A model generated the notes under the pieces. The model saw nothing but the letters and a program-made list of their open reading frames with translations, did not search any database and was not told where the DNA came from. Of a stretch of 64,000 bases of DNA, positions 31,576-39,439 are shown in pieces; the stretch's first letter is position 1; each line of letters opens with the position of its first letter. The translations under genes and the position numbers were made by a program. Source of the DNA: an uncultured Pelagibacteraceae bacterium (GTDB lineage Bacteria; Pseudomonadota; Alphaproteobacteria; Pelagibacterales; AG-422-B15); the NCBI GenBank assembly GCA_902524795.1, contig CABZEU010000003.1, positions 4,730 to 68,729 on the forward strand. The letters are read 5' to 3'.

Positions 31576-32745
31576 ATGAATTTCCCTAAAAGCGAATATA
31601 TAGACAGACTTGCTAAAGTTAAGAAGTCGATGCAAGAAAAAAAGATAGATCTGTTAATATCTCAAGATACGGCAAATATGAATTATCTCACAGGATATGA
31701 TGCATGGTCATTTTATTATGCACAATGTGTTTTAGTTCATGTTGATTTAGACGAGCCATTTTTATTTATGAGAGATCAAGACGCTGGTGGTGCATTTTTA
31801 CAGAGCTGTTGGTCTCAAGAAAATATTATTGTATATGCAGAAAAATATATCCATACATGGCCCAATCATCCTTATGATTATCTTATCGAGATCATTAAAA
31901 GCAAAAAATGGGATAATCAATCAATTGGTCTTGAAATGGATAGTCATTATTTTACAGCTTATTGTTATCAGAAACTTATTGACGGACTGCCTGATGCATC
32001 ACTTAAAGATTCTGAAAGGCTTGTGAATTGGGTGAGATTTATAAAATCAGATAATGAAATTGAATTAATGAAAAAAGCTGCATTGATTACCGATCAGGCT
32101 ATGCAAACTGCAATTGACATAATAAATCCAGGAATTAGGCAATGTGATGCGGTAGGAGAAATTCAAAAAGCAATGTTTTATGGTACACCTGAAATTGGTG
32201 GTGAGTACTCAAGTATCGCCACCTTACTACCTACTGGCGCAGGGACATCTGCGTCTCATTTAACAGCAACACAAGAGAAGTTTGTTAAGGGCGAAGCTAC
32301 AATTGTTGAACTAGCTGGTGTTCATAAGAGATATCATGCTCCACTAGCGAGAACAGTATTGCTTGGTAAGGCAGAGCAAAAAAAAATTGACGCTATTAAG
32401 GCTACCAATGAAGCCTTAGATGAAGGCATTTCAGCCGTTAAACCTGGAAATACAGCTGATGATGTGGCACAAAAATTTTGGGCTATTCTTGATAAGCATG
32501 ACATTAAAAAAGAGTCTCGAACAGGATATTCAATTGGCATAGGTTACCCTCCGGATTGGGGCGAGCATACAATAAATATCTCTAAAGGAGACCAAACTAT
32601 TCTTTATCCAAATGTTACATTTCACATGATTGCAGTAATGCAATTCGGTAGCTGGGGTGTAGAGGCGAGTCATTCATTGAGAGTTACAGAAAATGGATCA
32701 GAAAAGTTTTCTGATTTTTCAAGCGATCTGTTCATTAAAGACTAA
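31576..32745 (+). CDS. M24 family metallohydrolase (creatinase / ectoine-hydrolase / Xaa-Pro dipeptidase-like)
   Basis: Creatinase/prolidase-type N-terminal domain plus a pita-bread C-terminal domain (HKRYHAPLARTV, GYSIGIGYPPDWGE). The ATG at 31576 lies 4 nt after the M20 stop and is preferred to the 31549 start. Confidence 0.8.
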   Translation: MNFPKSEYIDRLAKVKKSMQEKKIDLLISQDTANMNYLTGYDAWSFYYAQCVLVHVDLDEPFLFMRDQDAGGAFLQSCWSQENIIVYAEKYIHTWPNHPYDYLIEIIKSKKWDNQSIGLEMDSHYFTAYCYQKLIDGLPDASLKDSERLVNWVRFIKSDNEIELMKKAALITDQAMQTAIDIINPGIRQCDAVGEIQKAMFYGTPEIGGEYSSIATLLPTGAGTSASHLTATQEKFVKGEATIVELAGVHKRYHAPLARTVLLGKAEQKKIDAIKATNEALDEGISAVKPGNTADDVAQKFWAILDKHDIKKESRTGYSIGIGYPPDWGEHTINISKGDQTILYPNVTFHMIAVMQFGSWGVEASHSLRVTENGSEKFSDFSSDLFIKD

Positions 32746-32832
32746 CCATAAGCTTAGAAAATAATCCTTCTATAGCATTCCTTGTTTTTACTAGAGAATC
32801 CTATAAAAAAATTGTATAAAGTAGCGCAATTC

Positions 32833-33033
32833 ATGGAGATTATTATGGGCATTCATCACGATTACAAGTCTAAACGCGGAGAGCGCGCGATGGCAAAACA
32901 GCAGAAAAGAGAGTCCAAACAAGCTGATAATACAGATAAAAAAGAAGAAGAAAAACTAGTAAAAGAGCTTAAAAAGGCAGGGTTGAATAAAGATGAAATC
33001 AAACAGTTCCTCGAAGGACGAGCAAAAGAATAA
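32833..33033 (+). CDS. Hypothetical small Lys/Glu-rich protein (66 aa)
   Basis: In-frame ATG within the 83-aa TTG-started ORF. MEIIMGIHHDYKSKRGERAMAKQQKRE...[14 protein letters not shown]. No recognisable family. The low-complexity charged sequence could be non-coding. Confidence 0.25.
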   Translation: MEIIMGIHHDYKSKRGERAMAKQQKRESKQADNTDKKEEEKLVKELKKAGLNKDEIKQFLEGRAKE

Positions 33034-33124
33034 AAAGCTAAATGATACTAAAAGACTATCTGAAGCTTTGAGACAGAATTTAAGAAAAAGAAAAGAATAT
33101 CAACGAAAGAAAGAAGAGAAATAA
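32993..33124 (+). CDS. Hypothetical small basic protein (43 aa), not in the ORF track
   Basis: ATG at 32993 to TAA at 33122-33124: [43 protein letters not shown]. Ends 1 nt before the dcd ATG and overlaps the preceding small ORF by 41 nt in another frame. Confidence 0.3.
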   Translation: MKSNSSSKDEQKNKKLNDTKRLSEALRQNLRKRKEYQRKKEEK

Positions 33125-33125
33125 G

Positions 33126-33680
33126 ATGACCATCATGTCTGATAACTGGATTAAAAAAATGTCCTTAGAACAAGGCATGATTGAACCCTTTGTGGACGGA
33201 CAAAAAAAAGATGGGACTATCTCCTTTGGATTGTCTTCTTACGGATATGATGCAAGAGTATCTGAAGATTTTAAAATATTTACAAACGTAGACTCAGCCT
33301 TAGTTGATCCTAAAAATTTTGATGACAAAGGCTTTGTTGATAGACCAGGCAAAGAATGCATCATACCACCCAATTCATTTGCACTGGCACGCACTGTAGA
33401 ATATTTCAGAATTCCAAGAGATGTATTGGTTGTTTGTTTAGGAAAATCAACATATGCAAGATGTGGGATAATAGTCAATGTAACTCCTTTAGAGCCTGAG
33501 TGGGAAGGTCATGTAACTTTAGAGTTTTCAAACACAACACCACTTCCAGCAAAAATTTATGCAAATGAAGGAGGCTGCCAATTCCTATTCTATAAAGGTG
33601 AGGCTCCGCCTGAGATTTCTTATAAGGATAGAAAAGGGAAATACATGAAACAAACCGGCGTTACTCTTCCCAAGCTATAA
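33126..33680 (+). CDS. dcd: dCTP deaminase
   Basis: 184 aa. [26 protein letters not shown] and [12 protein letters not shown] motifs. Confidence 0.93.
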   Translation: MTIMSDNWIKKMSLEQGMIEPFVDGQKKDGTISFGLSSYGYDARVSEDFKIFTNVDSALVDPKNFDDKGFVDRPGKECIIPPNSFALARTVEYFRIPRDVLVVCLGKSTYARCGIIVNVTPLEPEWEGHVTLEFSNTTPLPAKIYANEGGCQFLFYKGEAPPEISYKDRKGKYMKQTGVTLPKL

Positions 33681-33686
33681 AATTCA

Positions 33687-34946
33687 ATGCAGAAAATTGT
33701 TATAAATGGAGGACAACCTCTAAGGGGTGTGATTCCTGTCAGTGGATCAAAAAATGCTGCTCTACCAATTATGGCTGCTAGTATTTTAACAAATGAAAAA
33801 TTAGAACTTTCAAATGTTCCAGATCTAGTTGATGTAAAAACTATGAGTATGGTTTTATCATCTCTAGGAGTTAATGTTACAAAAAGTATAAATAATAAAA
33901 ATTCTATTGCACTTCAATATACAGATACAGAGAAAACTATCGCAGAATATGATTTAGTGAGAAAGATGCGAGCAAGTATCTTAGTGCTTGGACCATTACT
34001 TGCAAGAAAGCGTGAGGCCAGTGTATCGCTTCCTGGAGGATGTGCCATAGGTGCGCGGCCAATTGATATTCATATAGACGCACTTACAAAACTTGGTGCA
34101 ACTTTTGAATTGGAAAAAGGATATATTCAATGTAGTGCACCAAAAGGACTGACTGGAAATAAGATCGAACTTCCTAAAGTATCTGTTGGTGCTACTGAAA
34201 ATATCATAATGGCTGCGACATTGGCTAAAGGTGAGACTAAAATTTCAAACATTGCTCTAGAACCTGAGGTAATTGATTTAATTAACTGTCTAAATACTAT
34301 GGGAGCAAAAATTGAACTTGATGATAACAGATCTGTCGTAGTCCAAGGGGTAACAACTTTGAATGGTTCAAATTATTATATTATTCCTGACCGTATCGAG
34401 GCTATGACCTATATTATAGCTGGAGCACTAGTTGGAGATGGACTTAAAATAGAAAATTTAAATATTGAACACATTAGTAATGTTCTAGAAACTTTAAAAA
34501 CATTGCCAGTAGATATAATTTTTGATGAAAATACTGTAACAGTAAATAAATCCAATATTAGTGAAGGTATTGAAATTAAAACAAAGGAATATCCTGGCTT
34601 TCCCACAGACGTTCAAGCTCAAATGATGGTTTTAATGTCCACGGCGAAAACAAAGTCAGTTATTGACGAGAACATATTTGAAAATAGATTCATGCATGTA
34701 CCTGAATTGAATAGAATGGGAGCAAATATTGAAATTAATGGCAAAAGAGCAATTATTAATCCTTGCTCAGGATTCATAGGAGCTCCAGTGATGGCAACAG
34801 ATCTGAGAGCCTCTGTAAGTTTAATTTTAGCAGGATTAGCAGCTGAAGGTGAAACAACGCTAAATCGCATCTATCACTTGGATAGAGGGTATGAACAAAT
34901 TGAGGTAAAATTAGAAGCATGTGGCGCAGAGATTAAGCGGGTTTAG
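33687..34946 (+). CDS. murA: UDP-N-acetylglucosamine 1-carboxyvinyltransferase
   Basis: 419 aa. GSKNAALPIMAA. Active-site loop LPGGCAIGARPID. RMGANI. Confidence 0.97.
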   Translation: MQKIVINGGQPLRGVIPVSGSKNAALPIMAASILTNEKLELSNVPDLVDVKTMSMVLSSLGVNVTKSINNKNSIALQYTDTEKTIAEYDLVRKMRASILVLGPLLARKREASVSLPGGCAIGARPIDIHIDALTKLGATFELEKGYIQCSAPKGLTGNKIELPKVSVGATENIIMAATLAKGETKISNIALEPEVIDLINCLNTMGAKIELDDNRSVVVQGVTTLNGSNYYIIPDRIEAMTYIIAGALVGDGLKIENLNIEHISNVLETLKTLPVDIIFDENTVTVNKSNISEGIEIKTKEYPGFPTDVQAQMMVLMSTAKTKSVIDENIFENRFMHVPELNRMGANIEINGKRAIINPCSGFIGAPVMATDLRASVSLILAGLAAEGETTLNRIYHLDRGYEQIEVKLEACGAEIKRV

Positions 34947-34951
34947 AAATT

Positions 34952-35374
34952 ATGAATTTAAATGCAATTGATACTGATGAATTAAAAATTATTGGGACTA
35001 TATTGCAGGACGGACTCATTGAAGTAAGTGATATTAAATACCTACCTTCAATAAGATCATTTTTCCTAATGATTACACGATTTATGTGGGAAGAAAAAAT
35101 AGTAAATAAAGTCAATCAGCGTATTAAGGCCGTTCTATGCTTTGAGGACGTCATATCAGTTTATTCAAAAAATATTGACCAATTGAATAAATCAAAGAAA
35201 TTAGAACTTTTGACTTTTAACTATTATCCCAATAACTCAAAAAATATTGAAATTGAATTGCTTTTCAAAAATGATGCAATTATAAAACTCGAAACTGAAA
35301 TTATTCGGTGCAAATTAGATGATCAAGGAAAGCCTTGGGGTACAGAAGAAAAAGTGAATGAACAAGATAATTAA
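34952..35374 (+). CDS. Conserved hypothetical protein (DUF2948-like by position and size)
   Basis: 140 aa ORF between murA and hisD, where alphaproteobacteria commonly carry a DUF2948 gene. The assignment rests on synteny and size, not on a verified motif. Confidence 0.55.
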   Translation: MNLNAIDTDELKIIGTILQDGLIEVSDIKYLPSIRSFFLMITRFMWEEKIVNKVNQRIKAVLCFEDVISVYSKNIDQLNKSKKLELLTFNYYPNNSKNIEIELLFKNDAIIKLETEIIRCKLDDQGKPWGTEEKVNEQDN

Positions 35375-36653
35375 TACAAGCAATTCAGACTTTTCACAGG
35401 AATTTGAAAATTTAGTAAATACTAATAGCTCAGATGAAGAAGATGTAAAAGATGTTGTAGCTAATATAATTAATGATGTAAGAACCAAAGGTGATGGTGC
35501 TCTTATAGAGTATACTAACCAACTTGATCGCAATGAACTTTCAAAATCAAACTTCATTATAGATGAAACTGCAATCAACAATCAGACAGATGAATTGCCT
35601 GAAAAGATATGCAAGGCTATTCAAACAGCAGCAGATCGAGTTAGGGTATACCATGAAAAACAATTACCACAGGATCTAAGTTTTAATGATGATCTAAAAT
35701 CTACTCTTGGATATATGTGGAAGCCTTTAGAAACGGTAGGGATTTATGTACCAGGTGGAACAGCAAGCTACCCTAGTACAGTTCTTATGAATGCAATACC
35801 GGCTACGGTTGCAGGAGTAAAAGACATAGTAATGGCTTCACCATTAACTGATGGACAGATTAATCCATCTGTTTTATATGCCGCAAAAATTGTAGGCATT
35901 AAAAAAATATATTGCATGGGTGGCTCTCAGGCAGTCGCTGCAATGGCATATGGGACTGAAAGTGTGGCACCTGTAAATAAAATTGTTGGACCCGGTAATA
36001 TTTACGTCGCTGAAGCAAAACGGCAAGTCTCAGGACTTGTAGGGATTGATATGTTTGCGGGCCCTTCTGAAATAGTTATAATTTCTGATCAGAATAGTGA
36101 TCCAAAAATTATCTCTGCTGATCTCATAGCTCAATCTGAGCATGATAAAAGTGCTCAAAGCATCTTGATTACAACTGATCAAGCATTAGCTGAAGCGGTT
36201 GAAAAAGAAGTACTCAGTCAATTAGAATCACTTCCGCGAAAAGAAATTGCGTCTGCAAGCTGGGATAAAAATGGCAAAATCATTGTTGTACGTGATCTCA
36301 AAGAGGGTTTTGATATCTCAAATCAATTAGCCCCTGAACATCTCGAGCTTGCCATTGATAATGCGAGAGATTTTCTTAAATATATTATCAATGCAGGTGC
36401 AGTATTTCTCGGTAGGAATACACCCGAAGCATTAGGTGACTATGTTGCTGGTCCAAGCCATGTATTGCCTACATCAAGGAGTGCAAAATTTTCATCAGGA
36501 CTATCAGTATTTGACTTTCTAAAAAAAATATCGCTTGTTGAGTTTACAAAAGAAGGTATTGAAGAAATTGGAAATAGTGCTATGACAATCGCTGATAATG
36601 AAGGTCTTGACGGACATTCAAGGTCAATAGAATATAGGCTTACAAAAAAATAA
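35358..36653 (+). CDS. hisD: Histidinol dehydrogenase
   Basis: 431 aa. YVPGGTASYPSTVLM, GGSQAVAAMAYGT, QSEHD and GDYVAGPSHVLPT. Confidence 0.95.
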   Translation: MNKIINTSNSDFSQEFENLVNTNSSDEEDVKDVVANIINDVRTKGDGALIEYTNQLDRNELSKSNFIIDETAINNQTDELPEKICKAIQTAADRVRVYHEKQLPQDLSFNDDLKSTLGYMWKPLETVGIYVPGGTASYPSTVLMNAIPATVAGVKDIVMASPLTDGQINPSVLYAAKIVGIKKIYCMGGSQAVAAMAYGTESVAPVNKIVGPGNIYVAEAKRQVSGLVGIDMFAGPSEIVIISDQNSDPKIISADLIAQSEHDKSAQSILITTDQALAEAVEKEVLSQLESLPRKEIASASWDKNGKIIVVRDLKEGFDISNQLAPEHLELAIDNARDFLKYIINAGAVFLGRNTPEALGDYVAGPSHVLPTSRSAKFSSGLSVFDFLKKISLVEFTKEGIEEIGNSAMTIADNEGLDGHSRSIEYRLTKK

Positions 36654-36656
36654 TAT

Positions 36657-36875
36657 ATGTCAAAAGAAGAGATTTTAGAATTTAAGGGTAAAGTTACTGA
36701 TATACTTCCAAATGCAATGTTTAAAGTTGCACTAGAAAACGGCCATGAAGTTCTAGCACATACAGCTGGTAGAATGAGAAAAAATAGAATTAGAGTCTTA
36801 GCAGGTGACGAAGTTCTTGTACAGATTACACCTTATGACCTTACTAAAGGTAGAATAATATTTAGATATAAATAA
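36657..36875 (+). CDS. infA: Translation initiation factor IF-1
   Basis: 72 aa. [51 protein letters not shown]. Confidence 0.97.
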   Translation: MSKEEILEFKGKVTDILPNAMFKVALENGHEVLAHTAGRMRKNRIRVLAGDEVLVQITPYDLTKGRIIFRYK

Positions 36876-36888
36876 CCAAGAGAATATA

Positions 36889-37461
36889 TTGAAATTTATT
36901 TTAGGCAGCTCATCTCCTAGAAGATTAGAATTGCTATCAATTCTTGGGATCAAACCCGATGAAATAATCTCACCAAATATTGACGAGACGATCAACAAAA
37001 AGGAATTGCCCTTAGATTATTGTAAACGAATAGCTACTCAAAAGATGAAGCACTTTGATGGGAAGCATGAAAATGCTGTGATTCTTACTGCAGATACTAT
37101 TGCCTATAGTGGAAGAAGAATAATTGATAAAACAAATGATAAAGTTATTGCTAGGAAAAATCTCAATAAATTATCGGGTCGAAGACATCGCGTTTCAACC
37201 GTATTGAGCCTAAGAGATACTAAGAATAAAGTTATAAGTAGGAGTGTCACAACTACAGTCAATTTTAAACTGCTTAATAAAAAAGATATTGATAATTACA
37301 TCGAAACAAATGAATGGAAAAATGTTGCAGGATCATACAAAATTCAAGGCTTTGCTGAAGTTTTTATCAAGTCAATAAACGGTTCGTATTCAAATGTAGT
37401 TGGATTACCATTGTTTCAAACTAATAACTTATTGGGTTCGGTTGGTTTAATTAAATCATGA
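36889..37461 (+). CDS. maf: Maf-like nucleoside triphosphate pyrophosphatase
   Basis: TTG start. ILGSSSPRRLELL N-terminus, GKA/AGSYKIQG and VVGLP motifs. Confidence 0.85.
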   Translation: MKFILGSSSPRRLELLSILGIKPDEIISPNIDETINKKELPLDYCKRIATQKMKHFDGKHENAVILTADTIAYSGRRIIDKTNDKVIARKNLNKLSGRRHRVSTVLSLRDTKNKVISRSVTTTVNFKLLNKKDIDNYIETNEWKNVAGSYKIQGFAEVFIKSINGSYSNVVGLPLFQTNNLLGSVGLIKS

Positions 37462-37814
37462 GAGAATTAATTTTTATTTACAATGCAAAAAGTGGCATTT
37501 TCAATGCCCTCATAGATTGGGGTCATAAAATAATTTCACCAAGTACGTATGAATGTCATTTGTGCTCTATCACATATAACAATCGAGGTAAGGAAAAGAT
37601 TTGGGGTAATTATCTTAAGTCGCTAAAAATAAAGAGTAGATTTTATTATATTGACCATCTCGAAGAATTAGAGTTTGTACCTAAGCAAATCAACCTACCA
37701 TGCGTTTATATTAAAAATGATGATAATTATCAGCTTATGATTGATGCTGATGAATTAAATTCATTAAAAAGTGTGCAGGATTTGATAAGCAGGCTAAATG
37801 AAAAGCTTAATTAA
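37458..37814 (+). CDS. Conserved hypothetical protein with CxxC motif
   Basis: 118 aa. ATGA overlap with maf. LIFIYNAKSGIFNALIDWGHKIISPSTYECHLCSITYN resembles an uncharacterised family I cannot name. Confidence 0.5.
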   Translation: MRELIFIYNAKSGIFNALIDWGHKIISPSTYECHLCSITYNNRGKEKIWGNYLKSLKIKSRFYYIDHLEELEFVPKQINLPCVYIKNDDNYQLMIDADELNSLKSVQDLISRLNEKLN

Positions 37815-37883
37815 TTAGCAATAAGAATATTTTCTTTGCACGAATACTTCTTATAGAATAAAAGACTTACATTACTAACTTGA

Positions 37884-37959
37884 GGCTCGATAGCTCAGTT
37901 GGTAGAGCAAAGGACTGAAAATCCTTGTGTCGGTGGTTCAAATCCACCTCGAGCCACCA
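37884..37959 (+). tRNA. tRNA-Phe (anticodon GAA), 76 nt with encoded CCA
   Basis: GGCTCGA TA GCTC AGTTGGTA GAGC A AAGGA CTGAAAA TCCTT GTGTC GGTGG TTCAAAT CCACC TCGAGCC A CCA. Canonical cloverleaf. Confidence 0.95.
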
Positions 37960-37964
37960 CTTGT

Positions 37965-38041
37965 GCAGCTGTAGCTCAGTTGGTTAGAGCGCCTGGTTGT
38001 GGACCAGGAGGTCGGTAGTTCAAGTCTACCCAGCTGTACCA
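37965..38041 (+). tRNA. tRNA-His (anticodon GUG), no encoded G-1, G1:U72, A73, encoded CCA
   Basis: GCAGCTG TA GCTC AGTTGGTTA GAGC G CCTGG TTGTGGA CCAGG AGGTC GGTAG TTCAAGT CTACC CAGCTGT A CCA. The base at -1 (37964) is T. Lies 5 nt after tRNA-Phe. Confidence 0.93.
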
Positions 38042-39225
38042 ACTAATGATTTTTTTACAGGAAGAGTTAGTACGATCAAAAAGAGCAGAATCATTACAAA
38101 TCCAAAAAGTAAATAAAGAAATGCAAACTCACCGCTTATTTCATAGCTTCTAGAAATTAGGATTAAGGCTATTGGCCCTACAGAGAATGAAACAATGAAT
38201 TTTATACCATATACAAGACTTTGATATTTTTCTGGCGAGAATTTAGCCAATAATAAATTTTCTGCTGGAAGTATACTTGAATTAAAAGCAACAATCATAA
38301 GACTGATAACAATTAACCAATAATTTGATAGACTAACAATGAATAAAAGAAGAGTGCCTTGTCCGATGATGCCAATAGCATAGATTACTTTCTCAGAATA
38401 TCTATCTGTTAAAATGCCACCTATGTAGTTCATTAAACCGCTTACAATATAAATGGCGGCTACAATATATCCAATCTCAGACGTTGAGAGGTTTAAGCTG
38501 TTTGACAGTCTGATATCAATTGCTTTAGGCAAACTTGTTTGAAGAATTTGATATACAAAACTCAAACATGTAATACTTACAAGCATTATAATCGCAATTT
38601 TTAGCATTTGATTTTTTTCTGGATTATCTCGAAATTGTTCTGATTTAATATTAGTCAATGAAATTTTTCCTGATTTCAAGTGATATGAGAGACATAAGCC
38701 TGTTAGAATAGAAATTATTCCAGGGAATATAAACGCAGCTTGCCAATTAATTTGATCAATTAAAATACCAGCAAAAAAAGCTCCCAATCCAATTCCTACG
38801 CCTCCAAATATATTATTGAAGCCAAGTGCACGTCCTGTTTCTTTTGATGTATTAACTATCCATGATATTCCAGCAGGGTGATATATTGAGCAAAATAAGC
38901 CAAGTAAGGATAGACTAATAAAAAGAGATAATTTATTTCCGCTCAGACCACAAAGAACCGAACTAATGCCAAGACCTAAAAACATTACTGCAATCATTCC
39001 TGAACGGCTCCATCGATCACTAATCCATCCAGCTGGCAAAGATCCTATGCCAACAAGAAGAGACCCAAGAAACCATAGATTTAAAAGCTCGTCATATGAA
39101 AATTTCCACTCATCTTCAATCGCAAGAACAATTACAAAGTAAAATGCAGCAAACATATGCATCAGTAGATGGCCAAGCGCAGCATAAATAACAGTTAATT
39201 TTCTAGCGTTTTCAGTGATAACCAT
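38026..39225 (-). CDS. MFS transporter
   Basis: 399 aa with about 12 hydrophobic segments. MFS loop motif GWISDRWSRSG. The last five codons plus the stop overlap the 3' end of tRNA-His on the opposite strand. Confidence 0.8.
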   Translation of the reverse strand: MVITENARKLTVIYAALGHLLMHMFAAFYFVIVLAIEDEWKFSYDELLNLWFLGSLLVGIGSLPAGWISDRWSRSGMIAVMFLGLGISSVLCGLSGNKLSLFISLSLLGLFCSIYHPAGISWIVNTSKETGRALGFNNIFGGVGIGLGAFFAGILIDQINWQAAFIFPGIISILTGLCLSYHLKSGKISLTNIKSEQFRDNPEKNQMLKIAIIMLVSITCLSFVYQILQTSLPKAIDIRLSNSLNLSTSEIGYIVAAIYIVSGLMNYIGGILTDRYSEKVIYAIGIIGQGTLLLFIVSLSNYWLIVISLMIVAFNSSILPAENLLLAKFSPEKYQSLVYGIKFIVSFSVGPIALILISRSYEISGEFAFLYLLFGFVMILLFLIVLTLPVKKSLVGTAG

Positions 39226-39313
39226 TTAATAAAAATAGAGTATTTCTACTTCACTTAATAATAAAAATTATAAAAATTTGACTTTTTTGAATAAATAAGG
39301 CATTTCACTGATC

Positions 39314-39349
39314 ATGATTGTTTTTACACATCATCATATTCATGTCTAA
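39314..39349 (+). promoter_or_regulatory. Candidate His-rich leader peptide (MIVFTHHHIHV) upstream of hisS-hisZ-hisG
   Basis: ATG ATT GTT TTT ACA CAT CAT CAT ATT CAT GTC TAA. 4 of the 11 sense codons are His (CAT). A 9-bp hairpin (39350-39358 pairs with 39369-39377) follows immediately, and a CCCC-TTTTT tract lies at 39383-39391. Located 90 nt upstream of the hisS ATG. Confidence 0.4.
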
Positions 39350-39439
39350 GTTTGCTGAACAAAAAGCGTCAGCGAACAACAACCCCTTTTTATATTAAAT
39401 AAACTAACTTTGTAGTATCGTACTAACGATTGGAATCGT

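Noticed and set aside
30411-32745. Assignment of the M24/M20 pair as ectoine degradation genes DoeA/DoeB
   Set aside because: The M24 size fits DoeA. However, DoeB belongs to the succinylglutamate-desuccinylase/aspartoacylase family, not M20, and no doeC/doeD-like genes are nearby. I kept only a general hypothesis.
37815-37883. Promoter for the tRNA-Phe/tRNA-His pair (TTGCAC ... TAAAAG / TAGAAT)
   Set aside because: The spacers to the better -10 candidates are 10-12 nt. Only a weak -10 sits at 16-17 nt, which is not convincing enough to annotate.
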